Source: Oligoflexus sp. (GTDB lineage: Bacteria; Bdellovibrionota_B; Oligoflexia; Oligoflexales; Oligoflexaceae). From it: a stretch of 14,371 bases of DNA. The position numbers and the translations under genes are program-made. The notes under the pieces were generated by a model. It saw nothing but the letters and a program-made list of their open reading frames with translations, was not told where the DNA came from and made no database searches. Below, piece by piece: positions 1 through 6,961 of the stretch; position 1 is the stretch's first letter; each line of letters opens with the position of its first letter. The stretch covers positions 1 to 14,371 of the forward strand of contig JBGSTX010000077.1 in the NCBI GenBank assembly GCA_041736305.1, read 5' to 3'.

Positions 1-130
1 CTTCCTCTCCCCCTCCCCCACCCCCAAGTCCACAACCAACCCACCCAAACGTCAGTTTTACAAGTCGCAAGTCCCACCAAAACCCGTTAGCTTTGCCGGC
101 GTAACTCAATGCAGGGAAGGAAAGCAGTCG

Positions 131-1933
131 ATGAACAGTAACGATCGGATAATCCAGCTGCAGCAGCTGCTCCAGGACGCTAAATTTGACGCCTATGTAG
201 TTCCCAGTGAAGACCCTCATCAGAGTGAGTATGTGGCGCCGACGTGGAAGCGTCGTGAATTCATCAGTGGGTTCACCGGATCTGCGGGTCTTTTTGCCTG
301 TTCGCCTACCGAAGCTGGTTTATGGACTGATGGCCGTTATTTTCTTCAGGCGGAAACCGAGCTTGCGGGTTCAGGAATCAAGCTTTTCCGGCAAGGAAAC
401 GCCGGCGTACCAGACTGGAAAGAATGGCTAGTCCAGCAGTGCAAGAACAAGGGCCAAGGGCGAGTGGGGGTTAACCCCAGTCTCTTCGCTGCTGACAAAT
501 ACCAGGCCTTAGATGAGCATCTCAAAGCAGTGGGAATCACTCTAGTACCTGTCGAAAAAGATTTGATTGATAGGGTTTGGGGTGAGGCGAGGCCTCAGGC
601 TCGTCTTACGCCTCTGCGTCGCCATCCTCAGAGTTTTGCGGGTCGAAGTACCGACGAAAAACTAAAGGATCTTCGTGCCGCGATGAAAGAGGTCGGCGCC
701 CGTTCCATAGTGGTTTCAGCGCTAGATGAGATAGCGTGGCTCTTCAATTTGCGCGGTGACGATGTACCTTACAATCCTGTCTTCTATGCTTTCGCCCTAG
801 TCACCGAAGGGGGAGCGACTCTCTATGTGCACCCGAGCAAGGTTGAGGCGAGCCTCAAGCAAGAAATGGGATCGGCTTTAAAGTTTGCTTCCTACGAAGC
901 CTTCGAGGGCGAACTGTCGCAACTGCGATCGAGCGCCCCTGTCTGGTTGGACCCGGGGACGACCAGCGCAGCTGTGGTAAGACGTCTCAGCGAAAGTGGC
1001 GTAGAAATGCTGCGGCAAGCTACTCCACTCCCTGCATGGAAGGCGCGCAAGAACTCCGAGGAACTAAAAGGCATGCGCGCTGCGCATGTCCGTGACGGCG
1101 TAGCTGTGGTGAGGTTCTTCGCTTGGCTTGAGCGCGCCCTAGCGGCGGGAGAAAAATGGACGGAAATTACTGCGGCCGATAAGCTGGAAGAATTTCGCGC
1201 TCGTGACAAGAGCTTTAAGGGGCTCAGTTTCGCGACCATTGCCGGCTACGGTCCGCATGGAGCCTTGCCTCATTACAGGTCGACTCCAAGCTCAGACGTA
1301 CAGCTAAGCAGACCAGGCATTTTCTTGGTCGATTCAGGTGCGCAGTATGCTGATGGCACAACCGATATCACTCGAACAGTCGCGTTGGGGACTCCAACAG
1401 AGGAGCAAAAGCGGGTTTACACGACAGTCCTTAAAGCCCACCTGCTCCTAGCGCGCACTCTTTTCCCGCGTGGAACCAACGGTTATCAGCTCGATGCGAT
1501 CGCCCGCCAGCCTCTGTGGGAGCAGCAGCTCGATTTCAAGCACGGAACTGGACATGGTGTTGGCGCTGCGCTCTGCGTTCACGAGGGGCCCTTCAGCGTG
1601 TCGCTCAAGAGGAACTTCTTCCCGCTCGAAGCAGGCCACATCCTCTCGAATGAACCTGGCTGCTACCTCGAGGGTTCCTTTGGAGTGAGAATCGAAAACC
1701 TTGTGACTGTGGTGGCTCAAGTTGGTGCGGGATCCTTCGGAGAGTTCCTCGGTTTCGAGAACCTCACGCTGTGTCCTTACGATCGAAAACTGATCGACGC
1801 AGAGCTCCTCAGTCTTAGCGAAATTCGGCAGATCGATCTCTATCATCAGCAAGTTTCCCAGGCGCTACGGACTTCTTTGCAGGGAGAAGATCTCAGCTTT
1901 TTCGACGCAGCTGTGGCTCCTCTACTTGCGTAA
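131..1933 (+). CDS. Xaa-Pro aminopeptidase (aminopeptidase P, M24B family, long ~600-aa XPNPEP1-like form)
   Basis: 600-aa ORF with the N-terminal motifs 'DPHQSEY', 'ISGFTGSAG', 'LWTDGRY' and 'LDEIAWLFNLRG'. The catalytic pita-bread domain has all five metal ligands: VDSG, GTTDITRT, HGTGHGVG, SNEPG, RIEN. Purine-rich RBS (GGAAGGAAAG) upstream of the ATG. Confidence 0.95.
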   Translation: MNSNDRIIQLQQLLQDAKFDAYVVPSEDPHQSEYVAPTWKRREFISGFTGSAGLFACSPTEAGLWTDGRYFLQAETELAGSGIKLFRQGNAGVPDWKEWLVQQCKNKGQGRVGVNPSLFAADKYQALDEHLKAVGITLVPVEKDLIDRVWGEARPQARLTPLRRHPQSFAGRSTDEKLKDLRAAMKEVGARSIVVSALDEIAWLFNLRGDDVPYNPVFYAFALVTEGGATLYVHPSKVEASLKQEMGSALKFASYEAFEGELSQLRSSAPVWLDPGTTSAAVVRRLSESGVEMLRQATPLPAWKARKNSEELKGMRAAHVRDGVAVVRFFAWLERALAAGEKWTEITAADKLEEFRARDKSFKGLSFATIAGYGPHGALPHYRSTPSSDVQLSRPGIFLVDSGAQYADGTTDITRTVALGTPTEEQKRVYTTVLKAHLLLARTLFPRGTNGYQLDAIARQPLWEQQLDFKHGTGHGVGAALCVHEGPFSVSLKRNFFPLEAGHILSNEPGCYLEGSFGVRIENLVTVVAQVGAGSFGEFLGFENLTLCPYDRKLIDAELLSLSEIRQIDLYHQQVSQALRTSLQGEDLSFFDAAVAPLLA

Positions 1934-2006
1934 AACTTGAACTTTTCGAAGGTGACAAGCCAGGTATTTTACCTCTATCTTAGGGCTACCAATTAGGGGG
2001 TCCAGG

Positions 2007-2528
2007 ATGAAAAAAATTATCGCTCTTATCTGCTCACTTTGCTTCGCTTCGGCAGCTTCAGCTAAAGCGCCGGAGCTTAAAATGCCTTCTCTCGATGAAC
2101 AGTTGGAAATGATCGCACTCTACAAGCTGGCGCAAGACCCTGAGGCACTAGCTCGGAAAGGCCCGCTGTCGGATGCTTGGGATGTCGTGGAAAATATCAC
2201 AGCTTTCGTCGATGACATCAAAAATGCTTTCCTAGCCACCTATGACACGAATGGCAATGGTTTTATCGATCCAGGCGAAGAATGGGAAAGCTTGCAAAGC
2301 AGTGTAAAAGATATCATCGTCTTGGTCGCCGATATCAATTATGACGGAAAGGTTGAAGCCCAGGAACTAGCAGCGGTAGCCCAGCAGTTCCTGGGTGCAC
2401 TGAATATACAAGTCCAGGATGCGGTTTGCACCCAGGTCATTGTTGATGCCGAGAAATCCGGCATTTTTCTGAATCTTCGTCCCGTTCTCAAGCACCTCTA
2501 CAAAAAGTGCACAACTTTCCCTGCTTGA
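2007..2528 (+). CDS. Secreted hypothetical protein with a pair of EF-hand Ca2+-binding loops
   Basis: 173 aa with a Sec signal peptide (MKKIIALICSLCFASAASA|K, AxA cleavage site). Two 12-residue loops match the EF-hand pattern: DTNGNGFIDPGE (D80-E91) and DINYDGKVEAQE (D109-E120). AGGGGG RBS upstream. Confidence 0.85.
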   Translation: MKKIIALICSLCFASAASAKAPELKMPSLDEQLEMIALYKLAQDPEALARKGPLSDAWDVVENITAFVDDIKNAFLATYDTNGNGFIDPGEEWESLQSSVKDIIVLVADINYDGKVEAQELAAVAQQFLGALNIQVQDAVCTQVIVDAEKSGIFLNLRPVLKHLYKKCTTFPA

Positions 2529-2554
2529 GTAGCTCAAGCTGGGGTTGATCTTAA

Positions 2555-2570
2555 GGGGTGTATACACCCC
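2555..2570. repeat. Perfect 16-bp palindrome GGGGTGTATACACCCC
   Basis: Read directly: the sequence equals its own reverse complement. It lies 26 nt after the stop of the EF-hand gene. Function unknown. Confidence 0.8.
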
Positions 2571-2809
2571 GGCTTCTGCAAGCATAGCTGATTTATATCT
2601 GCTACCGTGGCTATACTAGCCTTCAACTTGCTCAAATCTCTCTCTTCCTTTGCCTCCAAGAAATCTTAACTCGCCTCGACGATCAAATATTTTGCAATTG
2701 ACTAAGCGCTTCTTAGCTTTCACGCTAAACTGTTTTTCCTAAGAAGAAAGCAGTATATATTTACGACGAGAAAGTTCGTAGACAAACCCTATCAGGATCC
2801 ATTTGCGAT

Positions 2810-5299
2810 ATGTCATCGACGGGTGAGCAAGAAAATCTAGGTAAGTGGACCGATCCAAAAAGCCCTGGGTTGATTGGAAATTATTCCGATCCAGATGTCG
2901 GAACTCCTAGTTTAAAAAGCGCTTTCGAACTTTTTCTCGGTACGTTCGACCAAGCTGCCGTCGGTATCTTGCATATCCTTAACGATGGTCGCATATCGAT
3001 TCAGAATCAATGCGCAAGGCGCATCTTGGGTTATTCGCTCGAGGGGCTGACGCAGCAATATTTCCAGGATCTCCTTCATCCCGAAGATAAACGCCTAGCT
3101 ATCGAGCAGCAGGCACTTCTCGACGCGCAAAAAATTGATCGCTTCTCACTTGAATGCCGCATCAGGCATAGAGACGGACATTTGGTTTGGAATCATGTGA
3201 CGGTAGCCCAACAGCGCGATGTGGAGGGCTGTCCTTCCCATCTTATTGTGACGCTTCAGGATATCAGCGAACGTAAGATTGCTGAGGAAAAATATCGAAA
3301 AGCTAAGCAAGAGCTTCACATAAATTTGGCACAGCTTGAGGCGATCATAGGTCATTTGCCACAGGGAGTCCTCATATACGATTCCTTTGGCGAACTTCAC
3401 CGAGCCAATCCAGCCGCAGTGAAGATGGGAGCTCAGCATTTGCTGCTTCCTGCCGCGAATCCGGCTGCCTCTCAGCTCATCATGCGCGACGGAGAAGGCG
3501 AAGAGCTTCAGCCGGGAGCTTGGCCTCTAGAGAGGGCGCTGCAAGGCCTGCCGGTCGACGATTTGATCTATGAAAGCAGCGAAAAGTCCAAACCCCATGT
3601 ATCCTTATGGCACTGCATCAACGCTGTTGCGGTGCATAGTAAGGATGGCGAGCTCCTGCTCATCATCGTCACGGTTCATGATATCAGCGTGCAAAAAAGA
3701 GTGGAGTTAGCCCTGCGAGAAAGCGAGCGTGGCTACAGGCAGCTCGCTGATTCTATGCCCCATATAGTCTGGGTTACCGACGCGGAAGGCCAGCCGAATT
3801 TCTTCAATAAACGTTGGTACGAGTTTACAGCCGTCAGGGACATCAATGAGTGCAACTTTGATCTATGGATCAATCTTGTCCATCCTGAAGACCTTAGGCT
3901 CATCGATCAAAGGTTCAAAGCCTGCCTGAAGACAGGTGAGACGCTCGAGATAGAGATTCGGATCAAAAATAGGCTTACCGCGAGTTACGAATGGTATCTG
4001 GTAAAATCGGCACCGGCTAGAAATAGCGAAGGAGAGATCACGCATTGGTATGGGACCTCGACTAGCATCCAGCACCAAAAAATGGTCGAGGACAAACTTC
4101 GACGGGCAGACAGAGCCAAGGATGAATTTTTTGCCGTTCTTTCCCACGAGTTACGTTCCCCTCTCAATGTCATTCTCGGTTATACCGATCTACTCAAACG
4201 TTCCAAACTTTCTCACGTTAGCATGAGCGAGGCGATCGAATCTATCGAGCGCAACGCCAAAGCCCAAGCTCAGCTGGTGGGCGATTTGCTGGACGTCAGT
4301 ACAATTATCGGTGGTCATTTCAATGTCGTTAAAGAACGCTTCGATCCCTCAGGTCTCCTGCAGGATGCTATCGAATCGGTGAAATTTGCAGCTGCTGCGA
4401 AAAATGTGGAGCTGGATTTTCACCTCGATCGCTCGGTGAAGTATCTGGACGGCGACGCGAATCGTATTCGGCAGATCCTCTGGAACTTGCTCTCGAACGC
4501 CATAAAATTTACCCCAGAGAATGGCCAAGTGTCATTGCATGTAGCAGCTGTGGGAGAGTGGTACGAGATGCGGGTTCGCGATAGCGGTATCCGTCTGTCG
4601 GCAGAATCTCTCTTGCATGTTTTCGATCGTTTTTGGCAAGAGAATGCGATCAGCTCACAAAAACAATTTGGTCTAGGTCTCGGTCTCTCCATAGTGAGGC
4701 ACTTGACTGAGGCTCACGGTGGCAAAGTCTGGGCGGAGAGTGAAGGGCAGGGTAAGGGTTCGGTGTTTATCGTCCGCCTCCCCCTCAGCACCAAGCACAT
4801 GCTGGAAACGCCGCCTGCCCCTCGGTCCCAGGTGCAGGTTGCTACTGAAATGCCTCAGGGTAAAGAGCTGAATGGCCGCAAAATACTGGTTGTAGACGAT
4901 CAGGAAGATTCTACCAGACTCGCAATGCGGATTCTCACCGGTGTGGGAGCCGAAGTTCAATGTGCTTTGTCAGGAGCCGAAGCGCTGCGCTTTCTAAAAG
5001 AGCAAAGTTTCGATCTCGTCATCAGCGATATAGCTATGCCCGAGATGGATGGTCTTGACCTTATGCGTTCGCTGCGAAGCTGGGAGGCAGAGAAGCAGCG
5101 TGTGCCGATACCTGCCATCGCGCTGGCGACCTACGCCGGTGAATTCAGCTACCTGGAAGCCAACGAGGTCGGTTTTCAAAGACATTTTGTCAAACCGATC
5201 TCTCCGAAAGTTCTCATCAACGAAGTGCTCAAGGTCCTCTGTGAAACTTCAGGACAGGTTCGACCTACTTCGCTGGCCGCTATAGAGCGCTTTTTCTAG
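2810..5299 (+). CDS. Cytoplasmic hybrid sensor histidine kinase / response regulator (3 PAS/PAC - HisKA - HATPase_c - REC)
   Basis: 829 aa with no obvious TM helix. PAS/PAC signatures: 'LLHPED..LQDISERK', 'VHDISVQK', 'FNKRWYEFT..VHPED..WYGTSTSI'. H-box 'LSHELRSPLN' (H446), N-box 'QILWNLLSNAIKFT', F-box 'VFDRFWQ', G2 'GLGLGLSIV'. REC domain with 'LVVDD', 'SDIAMPEMDG' (D740) and 'KP'. The exact start codon is uncertain. Confidence 0.95.
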   Translation: MSSTGEQENLGKWTDPKSPGLIGNYSDPDVGTPSLKSAFELFLGTFDQAAVGILHILNDGRISIQNQCARRILGYSLEGLTQQYFQDLLHPEDKRLAIEQQALLDAQKIDRFSLECRIRHRDGHLVWNHVTVAQQRDVEGCPSHLIVTLQDISERKIAEEKYRKAKQELHINLAQLEAIIGHLPQGVLIYDSFGELHRANPAAVKMGAQHLLLPAANPAASQLIMRDGEGEELQPGAWPLERALQGLPVDDLIYESSEKSKPHVSLWHCINAVAVHSKDGELLLIIVTVHDISVQKRVELALRESERGYRQLADSMPHIVWVTDAEGQPNFFNKRWYEFTAVRDINECNFDLWINLVHPEDLRLIDQRFKACLKTGETLEIEIRIKNRLTASYEWYLVKSAPARNSEGEITHWYGTSTSIQHQKMVEDKLRRADRAKDEFFAVLSHELRSPLNVILGYTDLLKRSKLSHVSMSEAIESIERNAKAQAQLVGDLLDVSTIIGGHFNVVKERFDPSGLLQDAIESVKFAAAAKNVELDFHLDRSVKYLDGDANRIRQILWNLLSNAIKFTPENGQVSLHVAAVGEWYEMRVRDSGIRLSAESLLHVFDRFWQENAISSQKQFGLGLGLSIVRHLTEAHGGKVWAESEGQGKGSVFIVRLPLSTKHMLETPPAPRSQVQVATEMPQGKELNGRKILVVDDQEDSTRLAMRILTGVGAEVQCALSGAEALRFLKEQSFDLVISDIAMPEMDGLDLMRSLRSWEAEKQRVPIPAIALATYAGEFSYLEANEVGFQRHFVKPISPKVLINEVLKVLCETSGQVRPTSLAAIERFF

Positions 5300-6567
5300 A
5301 CTCTTAAGAGCTGGTGAGCTTTCTCGGCCAAACCTTGAATAACCGCATGGAAGGGCATATGCTGCTGCAGTTTTTCAGCACCCAAGCGCTGTGCAAGTGC
5401 GGCTTGCAAGCTTTCGAGGCGCGCGGTACCGCCGGTGCAGCAGACGACATCGATATCTTGATACTTCAATCCAGCCTGGGCGAGAGTCCCGTCGAGAGCA
5501 CCCACGATGGCCTCGACTAAGGGGCGCGAGAAATCCTGGAATCCCTGGCGAGCCAGGGGCAGTACCATGGCGATACCCGGGTAATCGTAGTTTATAGTGC
5601 TCGGGTCGCTGGTCGAGAGGCCTTTTTTGCCTTCTTCGATCTGCTGAAAAAGGTGATAACCCTGACGTTCTTCAAGGAGTATGTTCAGCCGTTCGAGAAT
5701 CTTGGCGTCGTCCGGTCCGAGGCTCCACTGTTCGAGTTGACGAAAAAATTCGCGGTAGTCCTGTTTGCCTAGCAGCAACAAGTCCGCCGGGGAGCACATT
5801 TTTCGGATCAAGGCTTTTGGGAGATGCATCACGTTCGAACCGAAGGGGACTTTATAGGCGATCTTCGAGCCAAAGTAGGGGGCCACGACATGTTCCATAA
5901 TGCTGCCATCGAAGGCGTCCCCCGCGATCGAGATACCACCGAGACCCAAGACATCTTCGGCTCCAAAACCTTCGGGACGCATGCGGACCACTGTGAAATC
6001 ACTGGTTCCACCACCGAAGTCGGCGATGAGGACAGTGCGCGGTTGGGTCAGCTCTTTGGCAAAGTGGTGGGCGGCAGCCACTGGTTCAGGACAGAAGACA
6101 ATTTCCTGAAATCCGGCTATCTGCGCCGCTTTCTCAAGACGCCGCAGCGATTCTTCGTGCTGCAGCCGATCCGGCGAGAATAGAGCTGGATGGCCTAGTA
6201 CGAGATTCTTAAGCTCGCAGGCAAGAATAGTTTCCGCTCGTTCGCGCATCACCCGCAGGAGACGCGCGAGCAAATCTTCTAGAGAGAAATAAGCACCGTG
6301 GACCTGGGTGCCAGAGAAGCTGGGATCGGGCAAAAACTTTTTGAGAGAACGAAAAATGCGACCTTCTGCACCTTGATCATAGTAGTGCGAAATAGCTTCC
6401 TGCCCGAATTGCCATTCATGCCGGGTGGGCGAGTAGAGTACGCTGCGAAGGATGGTCGGATCAGGGTTAGTCGGATCGATCGCCAGAGGGGGTAGAACTT
6501 GTTCCGAGGTCGCAGCCGCGACAAGCGAATTCGAAGTGCCAAAATCAATAGCTAACCAGGTATCCAT
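5296..6567 (-). CDS. yegD: Hsp70-family protein, YegD-like (nucleotide-binding domain only)
   Basis: 423 aa with actin/Hsp70 ATPase motifs 'AIDFGTSNS', 'EPVAAA', 'ADFGGGTSDF' and 'TGGTA', plus YegD-typical 'GRIFRSLKKFL'. The protein ends without a DnaK substrate-binding domain. GAGGT RBS at 6572-6576 on the minus strand. The symbol reflects subfamily membership, not proven orthology. Confidence 0.88.
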   Translation of the reverse strand: MDTWLAIDFGTSNSLVAAATSEQVLPPLAIDPTNPDPTILRSVLYSPTRHEWQFGQEAISHYYDQGAEGRIFRSLKKFLPDPSFSGTQVHGAYFSLEDLLARLLRVMRERAETILACELKNLVLGHPALFSPDRLQHEESLRRLEKAAQIAGFQEIVFCPEPVAAAHHFAKELTQPRTVLIADFGGGTSDFTVVRMRPEGFGAEDVLGLGGISIAGDAFDGSIMEHVVAPYFGSKIAYKVPFGSNVMHLPKALIRKMCSPADLLLLGKQDYREFFRQLEQWSLGPDDAKILERLNILLEERQGYHLFQQIEEGKKGLSTSDPSTINYDYPGIAMVLPLARQGFQDFSRPLVEAIVGALDGTLAQAGLKYQDIDVVCCTGGTARLESLQAALAQRLGAEKLQQHMPFHAVIQGLAEKAHQLLRV

Positions 6568-6633
6568 AACGACCTCATCAGGTGTCCATTCACGACATCA
6601 TTATACTTAAGTTCAATGGCCTTCTCACAAATA

Positions 6634-6685
6634 CTTATGGGTTAGCTGTCTTCGTCTAGCTAAGGTCTAAAAGCTAATCCATAAG
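6634..6685. repeat. 14-bp inverted repeat with 24-nt spacer in the divergent intergenic region
   Basis: CTTATGGGTTAGCT (6634-6647) pairs with AGCTAATCCATAAG (6672-6685): 13 Watson-Crick pairs plus one G-U on the + strand. Confidence 0.7.
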
Positions 6686-6820
6686 GCTAAGAGGAACTTG
6701 GATTAAGGCATATTAAAGCTTCAACTATGTAAGATCCCTTGACCTCTCAAAGATTGACTGCTACCACTCCAAAAGTCCTTCTGCCTCGAAGCTCTTGCAA
6801 TGAAGTAATCTCGGCGCTAT

Positions 6821-6874
6821 TCGTCAGGAAAAAATCTGCATTTACTTTGCGTAAACAGGATTTTTCACCGACGA
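6821..6874. repeat. Long imperfect inverted repeat / hairpin upstream of the ABC operon
   Basis: Three nested arm pairs: TCGTC(6821-25)/GACGA(6870-74), GAAAAAATCTG(6828-38)/CAGGATTTTTC(6856-66) and TTTAC(6841-45)/GTAAA(6851-55), closing a TTTGC loop. Confidence 0.6.
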
Positions 6875-6961
6875 CGGCCCAGGACTCTCCGCTTGCATGG
6901 AGAAGGTTGGACTCGAAATCAGTGAGGCGCTTCTATACTACGAAGGCGAGAGCAAGTAAGC

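Noticed and set aside
61..110. c-di-GMP-I riboswitch-like words on the minus strand (GGCAAA...GGGAC)
   Set aside because: There is no GNRA tetraloop, no GCAAAG linker and no P2/tetraloop-receptor arm.
6642..6677. CIRCE (HrcA) operator upstream of the Hsp70-family gene
   Set aside because: Only the outer TTAGC/GCTAA match. The spans are 22 or 36 bp rather than the 27 bp of TTAGCACTC-N9-GAGTGCTAA, and the ACTC/GAGT cores are absent.
6751..6778. BglG/SacY RAT antiterminator upstream of a beta-glucoside operon
   Set aside because: AGATTGACTGC resembles only the 5' half. The complementary GCAGGCAA half and an overlapping terminator are missing.
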